The translations under genes were made by a program, and so were the position numbers. A DNA stretch of 64,000 nt from assembly GCF_003918875.1 (NCBI RefSeq), contig NW_025767257.1:930001-994000 (forward strand), given 5' to 3'. This DNA is from Haliotis rubra. Its lineage: Eukaryota. Shown here one piece after another: positions 39,043-52,400 of this stretch; within the stretch, counting starts at the first letter, position 1, and every line of letters starts with the position of its first letter. Below the pieces are notes generated by a model. That model ran no database searches. It saw nothing but the letters and a program-made list of their open reading frames with translations, and was not told the origin of the DNA.

Positions 39043-40002
39043 TACCGGACACAATGATCACTATGATACCAGACACAATTATCACTATGATACCAGACAC
39101 AATGATCACTATGTTGGTGGACACATTAATCACTATGGTACCGGACACAATTATCACTAGGATACCAGACACAAAGATCACTATGATACCAGACACAATA
39201 TTCACTATGATACCAGACACAATGATCACTATGATACCAGACAGAATTATCACTATGGTAGTGGACACATTAATCACTATGGTACCGGACACAATTATCA
39301 CTAGGATACCAGACACAATGGTCACTATGATACCAGACACAATTATCACTAGGATACCGGACACAATTATCACTATGATACCAGACACAATGATCACTAT
39401 GATACCGGACACAATGATCACTATGATACCGGACACAATGATCACTATGATACCGGACACAATGATCACTAGGATACCAGACACAATGATCACTATGTTA
39501 GTGGAGACAAAGATCACTATGATACCAGACACAATGATCACTATGATACCGGACACAATGATCACTATGTTAGTGGAGACAATGATCACTATGATACCAG
39601 ACACAATGATCACTATGTTAGTGGAGACAATGACCACTATGATGCCAGACACAATGATCACTATGATACCAGACACAATGATCACTATGTTAATGGAGTC
39701 AATGACCACTATGATACCAGACACAATGATCACTATGATATCGGACACAATGATCACTATGTTAGTGGAGAGAATGATCACTATGATACCAGACACAATG
39801 ATCACTATGATACCAGACACAATGATCACTATGATACCGGACACAATGATCACTATATTAGTGGAGACAATGACCACTATGATGCCAGACACAATGATCA
39901 CTATGATACCAGACACAATGATCACTATGTTAGTGGAGACAATGATCACTATGTTAGTGGAGACAATGACCACTATGATGCCAGACACAATGATCGCTAT
40001 GA
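39043..40002. repeat. 24-bp minisatellite, ~40 copies
   Basis: Unit gacacaatgatcactatgatacca. Gives the MITMIPDT / IIVIIVSG ORFs. Confidence 0.95.
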
Positions 40003-40141
40003 CGCTCGAATCAATGTCCACTCAGATGATGAACTTTATAACTTTATGCTACCAGAAACGTTTTGAAACTATGATCCAGGACCCAAGGTTCCTCATATTA
40101 CCCAAAGCTCTCTCTGATGCACGATACACTGATCCATTTAC

Positions 40142-40720
40142 GATACAAGTGTCACTGATCTGTGCATTACCAGGACAATATTCACTTTACTTGGATACAA
40201 GTGTCACGGATCTGTGCATTACCAGGACAATGTTCAATATACTAGGATACAAGTGTCACTGATCTGTGCATTACCTGGACAATATCCACTATACTTGGAT
40301 ACAAGTGTCACTGATCTGTGCATTGCCAGGACAATATTCTCTATACTAGGATACAAGTGTCACTGATCTGTGCATTACAAGGACAATATTCACTATACTA
40401 GGATACAAGTGTCACTGATCTGTGCATTGCCAGGACAATATTCACTATACTAGGATACAAGTGTCACGGATCTGTGCATTACCAGGACAATATTCACTAT
40501 ACTAGGATACAAGTGTCACGGATCTGTGCATTACCAGGACAATATTCACTATACTTGGATACAAGTGTCACTGATCTGTGCATTGCCAGGACAATATTCA
40601 CTATACTAGGATACAAGTGTCACTGATCTGTGCATTACCAGGACAATATTCACTATACTAGGATACAAGTGTCACTGATCTGTGCATTACCAGGACAATA
40701 TTCACTATACTAGTATACAA
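40142..40720. repeat. 52-bp minisatellite, ~11 copies
   Basis: Unit ggatacaagtgtcactgatctgtgcattaccaggacaatattcactatacta. Confidence 0.95.
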
Positions 40721-40796
40721 GAGGAAATGGTAATTTTATTACCCGAAATATTGCCCACGACTACATTCTCTCTGATACACGATACAATGGTCCATG

Positions 40797-41322
40797 TACA
40801 CACGAAATAATAATTTGCATATTGCCGAGACAATGTGTACAATGATACACGAAACAATAATCTGCATATTACCCAGACAATGTGTGCAATGATACACGAA
40901 ACAATAATCTACATATTACCGAGACAATGTGTACACTGATACACGAAACAATAATCTGCATATTACCGAGACAATGTGTGCAATGATACACGAAACAATA
41001 ATCTGCATATTACCCAGACAATGTGTGCAATGATACACGAAACAATAATCTACATATTACCGAGACAATGTGTACACTGATACACGAAACAATAATCTAC
41101 ATATTACCCAGACAATGTGTTCAATGATACACGAAACAATAATCTACATATTACCGAGACAAGGTGTGCAATGATACACGAAACAATAATCTACATATTA
41201 CCGAGACAATGTGTACAATGATACACGCAACAATAATCTGCATATTACCGAGACAATGTGTGCAATGATACACGAAACAATAATCTGCATATTACGGAGA
41301 CAATGTGTACACTGATAAACGA
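40797..41322. repeat. 47-bp minisatellite, ~11 copies
   Basis: Unit gatacacgaaacaataatctgcatattaccgagacaatgtgtgcaat (period 40844->40891). Confidence 0.95.
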
Positions 41323-42291
41323 AGGAATGTCTCCTGTATTACCGAAACACTAATGTTTGATATACACGAGTTAATATATCTTTGTATAATCCGATGTTCA
41401 CTTGATACATGAGGCGATGCGATGATACCTGATACCTGAAACTCATAGTACGGAATATACTCTAAAACAAATGTGTTGTGTGCTACCTGAGACACCGAGA
41501 ACATTTCAGATAGCATATTTGCTGAATTTACCCCGTCAGTCAGTCTTCCCCGTCTACTCGAGTACTGGAGTATGTTATAAATAACAGAATGCTTTGCACC
41601 AAGTACTTGAAGTACTCATGATAACTATTTGTTTTCCCGTCGTCACAAGCACAAATAAGTCAAGTGATTCGATAAATAACAATGGATCCCTGCCATGATG
41701 ATGGCTAATCTTAGTGGACATCTGAGTTCCCTGTCCTTCGGTGCAACCTTCACACATCTCAGCTATGGCTATACTGCAACATGTATGAAAGTGGTTAGCC
41801 TCAACATACATCACGCAGCTCCTTTAATCAGTTTCCTCCAGAGTAATGGGCCTACCTAGCATCGTAGACTTCTCTACATAAACAGGTACATCTGGTGGGC
41901 TCCTCACACACACAGAGGAAGTACTTTCAAAGACTAGCTTCATTTACCCAGTGTTAAACACCTTCGATCCACTCTGTATTCCGAAACTAGGGCAGTTGCT
42001 TACTAACTGAACAGGCCAGTGTTTGGATAGAAACTTAAATCTCACCCTACCGACGAGGGAATGAAATAATAATCATTACAGCTCGCATCAACACTGTCAT
42101 TATTACATGCCTTATAACCAACCATATCATTGCGATGAATTCAAGTCATCACGGCATTTTTTAGGTGCGTTTTGATTATATACTTTTAATGATATAATTT
42201 GATATATAAATAGATACTGCAACTAACTGTTTGGAATATCTATATCAGGAAATGGATATTGCTAGAAACTGTTTAAAACGTGTATATAAGT

Positions 42292-42679
42292 TAGGGCTGC
42301 GCAATATAACCGGTTTACCGGTATTTACCGGTTCAGACATGAAAACGATACGTATTGCGATACGCTGATCGAAAACCGGTATTTTGACTTGCATTCGGAA
42401 AACGTCGTAACACTCGGAAATCTTCGGATACTTCCTTGTTTCATTTGTGCCAAATATTATTCACATTTTTATTTTATCATGATTAAATTTTTTTATTAAA
42501 GCTTAATCAAGCATAGTGATTTCGTTGTGTTTTTGCTCTATAAATCAAGCATTAACTCGATTATAAGCAGTGTTTTGTTTAAGAATATTTCATGCAATAT
42601 ATTGCAATACATATCGCAATACATGCTTTCGCATCGCAATATATCGCAATATGAATATTTCCTGCAATACCCAACCCTA
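42292..42679. mobile_element. Non-autonomous hAT-type MITE (388 bp)
   Basis: Perfect 8-bp TSD atataagt (42284-42291, 42680-42687). Termini TAGGGCTGCG ... CCCAACCCTA. Subterminal short repeats (accggt; atcgcaata). Confidence 0.85.
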
Positions 42680-42802
42680 ATATAAGTACAGGGCTCTGGT
42701 TACGAACGAACTGAGAGTATCTATCAGTAAAGGCACATGGATCTTTTAACGTCCATATGAGAAAGGGGTATTATTTTTACTGTTTTGCGTCTGTAGTGTA
42801 AA

Positions 42803-45262
42803 ATAAGTAAAGGGGTATTGCTATAGGTTTCCAGGGCGTTCATATAAGAAAAATGGTATTTCCAGAGTGTCCATATGAGTAAAGAGGTATTGCTATAGGT
42901 TTCCAGAGAGTCCATATAAGTAAAGAGGTATTGCTATAGGTTTCCAGAGTGTCCATATGAGTAAAGAGGTATTGCTATAGGTTTCCAGAGAGTCCATATG
43001 AGTAAAGAGGTATTGCTATAGGTTTCCAGAGAGTCCATATAAGTAAAGAGGTATTGCTATAGGTTTCCAGAGTGTCCATATGAGTAAAGAGGTATTGCTA
43101 TAGGTTTCCAGAGTGTCCATATGAGTAAAGAGGTATTGCTATAGGTTTCCAGAGTGTCCATATGAGTAAAGAGGTATTGCTATAGGTTTCCAGAGTGTCC
43201 ATATGAGTAAAGAGGTATTGCTATAGGTTTCCAGAGCGTCCATATGAGTAAAGAGGTATTGCTATAGGTTTCCAGAGAGTCCATATAAGTAAAGAGGTAT
43301 TGCTATAGGTTTCCATAGCGTCTATATAAGTAAAGAGGTATTGCTATAGGTTTCCAGAGCGTCCATATAAGTAAAGAGGTATTGCTATAGGTTTCCAGAG
43401 CGTCCATATAAGTAAAGAGGTATTGCTATAGGTTTCCAGAGCGTCCATATGAGTAAAGAGGTATTGCTATAGGTTTCCAGAGCGTCCATATGAGTAAAGA
43501 GGTATTGCTATAGGTTTCCAGAGAGTCCGTATAAGTAAAGAGGTATTGCTATAGGTTTCCAGAGCGTCCATATGAGTAAAGAGGTATTGCTATAGGTTTC
43601 CAGAGAGTCCGTATAAGTAAAGAGGTATTGCTATAGGTTTCCAGAGCGTCTATATAAGAAAAGAGGTATTGCTATAGGTTTCCAAAGCGTCCATATAAGT
43701 AAAGGGGTATTGCTATAGGTTTCCACAGCGTCTATATAAGTAAAGAGGTATTGCTATAGGTTTCCAGAGAGTCCATATAAGTAAAGAGGTATTGCTATAG
43801 GTTTCCATAGCGTCTATATAAGTAAAGAGGTATTGCTATAGGTTTCCAGAGCGTCCATATAAGTAAAGAGGTATTGCTATAGGTTTCCAGAGCGTCCATA
43901 TAAGTAAAGAGGTATTGCTATAGGTTTCCAGAGCGTCCATATGAGTAAAGAGGTATTGCTATAGGTTTCCAGAGCGTCCATATGAGTAAAGAGGTATTGC
44001 TATAGGTTTCCAGAGAGTCCGTATAAGTAAAGAGGTATTGCTATAGGTTTCCAGAGCGTCCATATGAGTAAAGAGGTATTGCTATAGGTTTCCAGAGAGT
44101 CCGTATAAGTAAAGAGGTATTGCTATAGGTTTCCAGAGCGTCTATATAAGTAAAGAGGTATTGCTATAGGTTTCCAGAGCGTCCATATAAGTAAAGGGGT
44201 ATTGCTATAGGTTTCCAGAGCGTCTATATAAGTAAAGAGGTATTGCTATAGGTTTCCAGAGCGTCCATATAAGTAAAGGGGTATTGCTATAGGTTTCCAG
44301 AGCGTCTATATAAGTAAAGAGGTATTGCTATAGGTTTCCAGAGCGTCTATATAAGTAAAGAGGTATTGCTATAGGTTTCCAGAGCGTCCATATAAGTAAA
44401 GGGGTATTGCTATAGGTTTCCAGAGCGTTCATATAAGAAAAATGGTATTTCCAGAGCGTCCATATGAGTAAAGAGGTATTGCTATAGGTTTCCAGAGAGT
44501 CCATATAAGTAAAGAGGTATTGCTATAGGTTTCCAGAGCGTCTATATAAGTAAAGAGGTATTGCTATAGGTTTCCAGAGCGTCCATATAAGTAAAGGGCT
44601 ATTGCTATAGGTTTCCAGAGCGTCTATATAAGTAAAGAGGTATTGCTATAGGTTTCCAGAGAGTCCATATAAGTAAAGAGGTATTGCTATAGGTTTCCAG
44701 AGCGTCCATATCAGTAAAGAGGTATTGCTATAGGTTTCCAGAGAGTCCATATAAGTAAAGAGGTATTGCTATAGGTTTCCAGAGCGTCTATATAAGTAAA
44801 GAGGTATTGCTGTAGGTTTCCAGAGCGTCTATATAAGTAAAGAGGTATTGCTATAGGTTTCCAGAGAGTCCATATAAGTAAAGAGGTATTGCTATAGGTT
44901 TCCAGAGCGTCTATATAAGTAAAGAGGTATTGCTGTAGGTTTCCAGAGCGTCTATATAAGTAAAGAGGTATTGCTATAGGTTTCCAGAGCGTCCATATAA
45001 GTAAATAGGTATTGCTATAGGTTTCCAGAGCGTCTATATAAGTAAAGAGGTATTGCTATAGGTTTCCAGAGCGTCCACATGAGTAAAGAGGTATTGCTAT
45101 AGGTTTCCAGAGCGTCCATATAAGTAAAGAGGTATTGCTATAGGTTTCCAGAGGGTCCATATCAGTAAAGAGGTATTGCTATAGGTTTCCAGAGCGTCCA
45201 TATAAGTCAAGGGGTATTACTATTTGGTATTTAGATACATAAAAGTAGGGGTATTGCTATTT
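42803..45262. repeat. 41-bp minisatellite, ~59 copies, very homogeneous
   Basis: Unit gtaaagaggtattgctataggtttccagagcgtccatataa (period 42961->43002). Confidence 0.96.
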
Positions 45263-45882
45263 GGTTTCTTGATATTACCACCGCAGTATTTTTTATTCCT
45301 AGGCGACCAAGGTTATTTGATGTATTGCGTATTTTGGTCCAACAGGCGGGAGCACAGTGCATATCTACAATGATAATAAAGAGCAGGAGGGCTACATCAT
45401 GTGCCATACTTTAATAATAGGTTTCTGTCTCTATCTCACTACTAATATGAATTACTCTGGCGTAACGCAAATGAAATAACTATCTCTTGTTGTGTGTAGA
45501 TGTCCATCACTCATTTCTACCAACATGAGGTTTATTCATTTTGGAATCAATTCAGTCGCACTCAAGGCCATGAGAGTTCTACGGTTATCAATATTTGATT
45601 ACTTCCGCTTGCCTCGTTCTCATAACTTTATACTAGCCATTAGGCGGAAGTAGTATTTTCTGATACGTGAGTGTTGCCAGTTCATTCCATCGTGCATAAC
45701 ATCATTTGATCAGCCTTTCACCAAACCACATTTATTCAGAACATTACAGGACATTATGTAATGAGCACGTCCAACATCTGTTTGCGGTAGGGATTGATAA
45801 ATATTACAAAGATTATGAATGTGCATTATGATAACGTGAACAATTACATTGTTTATATGCACAAGTCAGCTTGAATATGGTG

Positions 45883-46075
45883 CAGTGGCAGATCCAGAGG
45901 GATGGGGGGGGGGGGTGGGGGGTTCCAGGGGTTCGAACCACCACCCTTTTGAAAATGACTAAAGACCAGATCGAAGTTAATGTATTGCAATGGCGGAGCC
46001 AAGGTGGGGTTCAGGGGTTTGACAACCCAAACCCCACCCCCACCCACCCCCTGAAACTTTCTGGATCCGCCTATG
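45883..46075. mobile_element. MITE-like element with GGCGGATCCAGA-type termini
   Basis: Left end CAGTGGCAGATCCAGA; right end reverse-complement CATAGGCGGATCCAGA. G-tracts inside the left end, C-tracts inside the right. Flanked by tggtg on both sides. A second left-end-like copy lies at ~45988. Confidence 0.65.
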
Positions 46076-48034
46076 TGGTGCACATGTACGAGGCATATGA
46101 TGTAGACAGAATATAGGCGCTATTACAAGTGTGTTGTGTCGACGGAAGAATGATGTGTTACTGCAATATAATATAGACTTGTAGATATTAAAATAATACA
46201 ATTATGTTATGTGAATAGAATACACGGTGGACATAAAATGGGTATGTGATCTGAATATGAATACGACAGATCATTTCGACTGAATATGGGCTTGTTGGAT
46301 GCATTGAACATAAGCGTTTTAGATAGACAGAATGCAGGAGTGCTGTAATACCTGTGTTATGTGAACATGGAAAAAGTGTGCTAGATGACTAGAACGAAGG
46401 TGTGGTCTATGTACTGAATAGATGTGTATTAAATGAACACACAGCAGTTGTGTTACGCGCATAGACTACAGATGTATGAGGTGTATAGGCTTATGTTATT
46501 TCTTGTGAAGGAATGTTTTTTGCGTGGACAGAATACAGCTGTGTTTTGTTCATGGTCAGAATACACGTGTGTTGGACAGGATACACATGTGTCTGATGGA
46601 CAGGATATATATGCGTATTGGAAGGACAGAATTCAGATGTTTTAATTTTGTTGATTTGTTTTATTTATTTATTCTTTTGTAATTAATATTTTATTTCTGA
46701 GTCCCTGTTACATGTAGAACCAGATAAGCAGGGTAGTGCTGGGCTGGATCATGTAAGGAAAGAAATCATCTTGGATCATCTTTAAAAGAAACAAGCAAGA
46801 TTATACCAGAGTTGAAAAGGCAATTGTTATACATATTGGTTTTGTTACTGAGGTTTAAATTAAGGTCATGGACTCAAATATTAAAAAAAAAATTAACTCT
46901 GACAAAGACACTCATTTACACTCAGATTCACTTACACTCTTCACTAAACCACAAAAAGGTTTAACATAGGCACCTAGAAAGATAAATTTCAGTTGTCAAG
47001 AATGGTTGTACTCATTAAATCAAGATCACTGAGTTTCAGAAATCGACATATCTACATAAGCTAGTCCATAGTAAAACACCCACTTTGTATAGAGCTTAGC
47101 ATATTGGCTTTGGCTATAAGCAATATTTATTTTAATGATCTACCTGCTGTGAATGTAATGTTTAAAGTGATTAACAATTAGGGTTGTTTTCAAAACTGTA
47201 CATTTATAGATGTAGAATTTAGCTAAAAGCAACAGTAGGTCAAACACATCATCAGTATATATATTTTCCTTTCCAGACCAAACAGAATAAGTTGAAGGTC
47301 AAATTTCAAATTATGGATATGTGGGCACTTTTCATAAAGTAGGCTTAATAGTGATTGCCAAAACCATTGAACTTGTTTACACTACCAAAATAAGAGGGTT
47401 ATTGTTTCAAATTCAAATTCACAAAAAGAACATAAATTACCATCAGTTAATTTAATTTTAAATAAAAATGAGTTAGTTGATAAACTTCTGTGAATAATTC
47501 TGAACTGAATCCATCTGAACTTGGTATCTAAAGTAGTCTAAAGTGACTTGTCAAATATAGGTTCCCAGTCTAATTGAACAAGAACCAACTCCTCCCACTT
47601 ATATTTAAATTTAAGGTGGTCATGTGTTTTATGCCGACCGAATACTAATGTGGGAGTGAAGTGTGGACAGAACACAGGTACAGTGTAATATAATGATCGG
47701 AAAGAATGTTGATGTGTTCAAATGCATTTGGTGGAATAATAATAAGTTGATATTGTTTAGGGCGGACAGGATACATTCGTGTTCTGTGGACACAATACAT
47801 GTGTTTTCGTGGATAGAATGATGGATGCATTAGGTGGACACGAGACGCGTCTTGGGTGCCTTAGGAACTATACGTGTCTAACCACTGAGTTTTGCGTGCA
47901 CGGTATACAAATGTTGTATGTACTACAAGCTTATAATAGCAATACATCGCACTTGTTACCGTTAATGATTTACTATGCATGTTCATACGATCATCGATGA
48001 TCGATTGGCTGTGTGTGGTCCTGTGCATGGAGCT

Positions 48035-48393
48035 CAGGTCACAGTCAGGTGAAGTTAAGCAGCGTTGGACGCGGAGAGTTCTTAAATGGGTGGCAGCTTG
48101 ACTCCTGAGAGTTTCTAGGATTTCAGTCCTGCCCCGCAACGAAGCACTTGTGATACATGTGGTCTCAAATGAGTTTGTTCAAAATTGCCTCTGTTCACCC
48201 AGCAGAAAACCCGGTGGGATAAGTCATGTGACTATAACCTATCAGGCAGCCTGGGTTATCCGGGGTCATAAATGTGCTGTGCTATTCATTGCTAGCGTCA
48301 TGAGCATGCGTGGTTAGCGCTATATAAATGAACATATTATTCGCTATATAAATGAACATATTATTCGCGATATGAATGAACACATTATTATTG
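48035..48393 (+). mobile_element. SINE with 5S-rRNA-like segment, CORE/Nin-like body and L2-type tail (family D)
   Basis: 48051-48100 gaagttaagcagcgttggacgcggagagttcttaaatgggtggcagcttg resembles the 5S internal control region. 48181-48210 aattgcctctgttcacccagcag. Tail gcgctatataaatgaacatattatt occurs three times. Confidence 0.6.
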
Positions 48394-48427
48394 TTTACTG
48401 ACCATGATGTTTTGTTTATTGTTTCAG

Positions 48428-48536
48428 AGGGGCTGTCCTGTTCGATATTGACCTCTTAAGCTTAGAGATCAACCAGTGTGCTAACGACGACTCACTATTT
48501 GCAAACACACACACTTGTCGCCCTCCCACTGCTAAA
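48428..48536 (+). CDS. GPR158/GPR179-like class C GPCR, internal coding exon (end of Cache domain / start of Cys-rich region)
   Basis: Acceptor tttattgtttcag| and donor |gtaagt. 109 bp = 1 nt + 36 codons: (R/K)GAVLFDIDLLSLEINQCANDDSLFANTHTCRPPTAK, resembling the GPR158 motif G...DI.L..+DI.QC....F.GTH.C. Splices in phase 0 to the 52492 exon. Not in the ORF track. Confidence 0.88.
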
Positions 48537-48926
48537 GTAAGTACCTTCAGTATCACTATGTCATTTGCTAATGAACACGAGAGATCCTGAAAAGGGGCAA
48601 CTACAGGTGTTTCTCCTTTGTGTAAGGGACACATTAGTCATTAACGCCCACGTTCAATAAGCTGTTCTGGTTAACACATAACCAGTAGTCGATTAATGAT
48701 AACACACACTCCGACGTTGTAATTACCCGGTTATCAACTTGTTCGGTGGTCAGAAACAGCTGATGGTCACCTTATCAACTCGTGAATGAGTGAGTGAGTA
48801 ACACCAGAGTCACCGATATCTCACCAGACCTGTAAAGATACGGGTCTGCAAACAGGCAATCCGGTGACTGAAATACTGAACAAGGATCTATACTTTCAGG
48901 GCACAGTAATAGGAAGTTCACCATTT

Positions 48927-49010
48927 GAGTGAGTGAGTGAGTATGGTTTTACGCCCCCTTTTATCAATATTCCGGCAATATCACCGAGGGGGTCACCAGA
49001 AATGGGCTTC
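48927..49010 (-). mobile_element. SINE family A, 3' half
   Basis: (gagt)n atggttttacgcc...aatattccggcaatatcac...caccagaaatgggcttc. Confidence 0.8.
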
Positions 49011-49357
49011 CTTTCACCATTAGAAATTAGTGACTTATATTTACCTGTTATATAATGGGATTATCTTTTGTGAATAGGATTATTTTTTGTAAATTTTAGC
49101 GACAATATCAATTCCATAATCATAAGAAATCCATTGTCCGAGTAAGACTATATCACGAGCTTGTGTCATACGACTCGCCATCAAATAATGATATGCCAGG
49201 TGTTCGCAAAGAGGTGAGCCTACTATGCCCCACCGGAGGCACTCATCGCAAACACATGCAAGGCAAGTCAATTATCCACCTAAAAATACACGAACACGTA
49301 GTAAAAGTCAAAATAGGGAATTGCATAGGAAATAATTTCTTCAAATTTGAAATGTCT

Positions 49358-50150
49358 TCAAAATGCTCGATTGTGATCCAAACGTTGGGAAATGTAGACA
49401 CATGTGACCGAAGCTGCGGGAATATTGCTCAACATAAATAGCAAACGTTTACTGTTGGGTTTACTGATTTTCTCTATTTCTAGTTCAGTTGGGTAAATCA
49501 GTGGACAGGAATTGGCTATTTGATTATTATTGAACGGTATCAAATTATCGATATGCCTGAAGCACGATATACCTTCTGTAAAAAAATCAGTTGACATAGA
49601 AGGATGTCAAATCTCCCGTCAATCCATATAGCCCACCCACCGTTCGTCCACCCTGTGGTACCAATTCAGTTGATATGTCCTGCCAGGCTTTGTTTCAAGC
49701 AGCGCCCTTCTCAAAATACATTTCGAGCATTTTGTGCTTACCTTGCACGTGTAGTGACTATCATATGTAACCTCACTGATAGTGTCAGTGCTCGTTCTAT
49801 CTACCGTTGGAATGTCTGGCCCAGATTTTTTACAGCTGTATAATAAATCTGTTACTCAGTATATACCTGAAAATATAGGTTCTGTGTTTATGAAATTTCA
49901 TAATATTGACAAAACGGTGTTAATATCTTGACGAACATGTTTTGGTTCAGTTATTACTTAAAACTCTCTGTTCGTGTCAAGGCTTCGAACGAAATTCTGT
50001 TTCACCAAGATTAAACAACAAGCCATCCATATAGATATATCCATTGTGTCCAAAACAAAGTTTTATTTGACCTGTAAGCAAAATAATAAAGCTATTAAAC
50101 AACATTATTGTTTAATTTCCCAAATACATTGTCTATACAGTCGTAGGCTT
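49358..50150 (-). pseudogene. Penelope-like element reverse transcriptase relic
   Basis: ORF 49358-49597 reads FRHIDNLIPFNN...IYPTELEI...LSNIPAASVTCVYISQ, matching the PLE RT pattern FRYIDD+LS+NN...IYP.ELEI...SNIP..PAYGVYISQ, with an internal deletion. CIDNVFGK near 50140-50115 resembles the upstream LIDNIFV motif. Confidence 0.7.
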
Positions 50151-50664
50151 GTGAAGATATGTAGATCATTGTACGATAGTGTACATACCTGTGATAGAAA
50201 TATGGTATTAATTCCTTTTCATAGGTATCGCTTCGTGGGTTCTGCCTCATGGGTACCCGCCGCCATATGCCTTTCTTAAATTGAAGTGTTGCCAAATTTA
50301 AGTGTACCAACTTCAGCGCAGGTAGATGTGCATCCTCTTTAACTGACTCCCAAACTCCAAGACACCTGCAGAATGGCAGTCTTGTGTTAGTGTAAACTCA
50401 ATGTCAAGATCAAGCAGAGATGAACCTTCACTGGTCGACCGCTACTTATGTCTTAGTATCCATGTTGGATTGAATCCTTTTCCACAAACTCATTAACGTG
50501 ATCCAACATTCTGTTTATAAAGCCAGACACGAGTTATCGGTCTTTCCTGACCATGGTTCTTGGTCCCAGTAGAACTATTTGTTTTCTATTTGCTGTAAAT
50601 GTTCTGTTTCATATATCCCATCATAGTATCAAAGCTTTAAACATGCGAGAGAATGCATACAGTT

Positions 50665-50905
50665 GGTGGGCTGGCTAGTTGGTGTTTAACGCCGCACTCA
50701 GCATTATTCCAGCTATATGGCAGCGGTCAGTAAATGATCGAATCTGGACCAGACATTCCAGTGATCAGCACCATGAGCATCGATCTACGCAATATACGAT
50801 GATATGTGTCACCAAAATCAGCAAGCCTGACCAGCCGATTCTGTTTGTTTCCTCTTACGACAAGCATGGGCTGATGAACCAATTCTAACGCGGATCCTCA
50901 GGGGT
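50665..50905 (-). mobile_element. SINE-like family B, second copy
   Basis: Its reverse complement aligns along the whole length with 18006-18238 and ends gctggaataatgctgagtgcggcgttaaacacc. Confidence 0.8.
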
Positions 50906-51980
50906 AGAAAGCATATAGAGCGTGACATACACATGTGGTGATGTCTCTTACACGCATGATATTTCACTTGGTGCTTCTACAGATCACCTTCATAGGACCG
51001 TTCTTACAGTGCATGCATATGCAGTGACGTGAACCTTCAACACCCATTTGCATTTTAGAGAGTTTATCCATGCACGTGCTTGTTTCCTTCGTTTCATCGA
51101 TATACATACCTCAGTATATAGAATAACCACATTTTAATGTGGGAAGTAACATGTTTACTGAACACGTGATGAGTGATGATAAATTACAAGCTTGGACACG
51201 CTAGAAACATGAGGACAAAGGATAATGACAAGGAGTGATTGGCAGGATCCGGGACTGTTCATTGTGGTACCCGAATAATGCTGTTACACTCACTGTCTGC
51301 CGTACACAATTATCATATTAAAATATGACATTGTTTGCTTCATAATGGGAATGTGTAACAGAGGATCCATTTTCCCTTGTAAATTCCCCCGTTGGAAGAA
51401 TATACGTGCCAAAACTTCCTTCCCGAAAATGTAACGAAGCTGATATATTCCACACCTGCAGGCCTATCGTACACCTAGTATATATTTATTCCAACTCCCA
51501 AACATTTAAGGGGGAATGAATTATCCTATATAAATGGATGTAGGATTTCCTCTCAAAAGCATTGGGCTGTGCGAGATATTGCCACCCATACTAGTACGCC
51601 TTCGTACCTGAGCGAGAACATTTTCATAGTGACGTGGTTACATTATGTCTTCCATTGGTGGGTAGGCCACTTAACAGTTGACTAACCCCGACGTTATTCT
51701 GTTGTGAATCAGCCTGCCCTACTTTGACATCACAGTGGAAAGTTTCTGGCACAACGTTTTACAGGCAACCGAAAACACACTTACCCAAACCCTATAACAA
51801 CAACCCCCAGACCCGGCAGCCATATATACATATGCACACACATTTCTATAGGACTCCAACATGACTCAAATGGCTTTGACTTGTGTCATATTCCTTTTCA
51901 GCCATGGTATTAATTTGGTACTGCTGTCATATATCGTTCCTTATGTATGTACATCAATATCACCAATTACCTTAATCTTG

Positions 51981-52150
51981 TGGGCGGTGGGGTAGCCTAG
52001 TGGTTAAAACATTGCCTTTTCACGCCGAAGACCCGGGTTCGATTCCCGACATTGATACAATGTGTGAAGCCCATTTCTGATGTCCCCCGCCGTGGAATAT
52101 TGCTGGAATATTCCAAAAAGCGGCATTACACTAAACTCACTAGCTCACTC
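51981..52150 (+). mobile_element. tRNA-derived SINE family A, full copy
   Basis: gggcggtggggtagcctagtgg...ggttcgattccc...; aatctt on both flanks. Confidence 0.9.
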
Positions 52151-52242
52151 AATCTTATCGTTCCCTGAAAGAATAATATTTATGTTTTTTCAATCTATTG
52201 TATTTTATAACACAATTACTCCACACCATTACTCCACAGATG

Positions 52243-52400
52243 GGGGAGGTGGGGTAGTCTAGTGGTTAGAGCGTTCGCTCGTCACGCCGAAAAACCGGGT
52301 TCGATTCCCCACATGGGTACAATGTGTGAAGCCCATTCTGGTGCCCCCCCTGCTGGAATATTCCAAAAAAGCGGTGTAACACTAAACTCACTAGCTCACT
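52243..52400 (+). mobile_element. tRNA-derived SINE family A, full copy
   Basis: Same consensus. 12-bp TSD actccacagatg (52231-52242, 52398-52409). Ends ~90 bp upstream of a GPCR exon. Confidence 0.9.

Noticed and set aside
38975-40262. 348-aa hydrophobic and 402-aa Met/Thr-rich ORFs
   Set aside because: Both come from a 24-bp satellite open on both strands, with no non-repetitive domain or supported splice structure.
46080-47840. Degenerate ggacagaatac-like repeats flanking an AT-rich block
   Set aside because: Too decayed to define a unit, boundaries or TSD by eye.
48051-48100. 5S rRNA gene
   Set aside because: Only a diverged ~50-bp internal segment embedded in a SINE-like unit.
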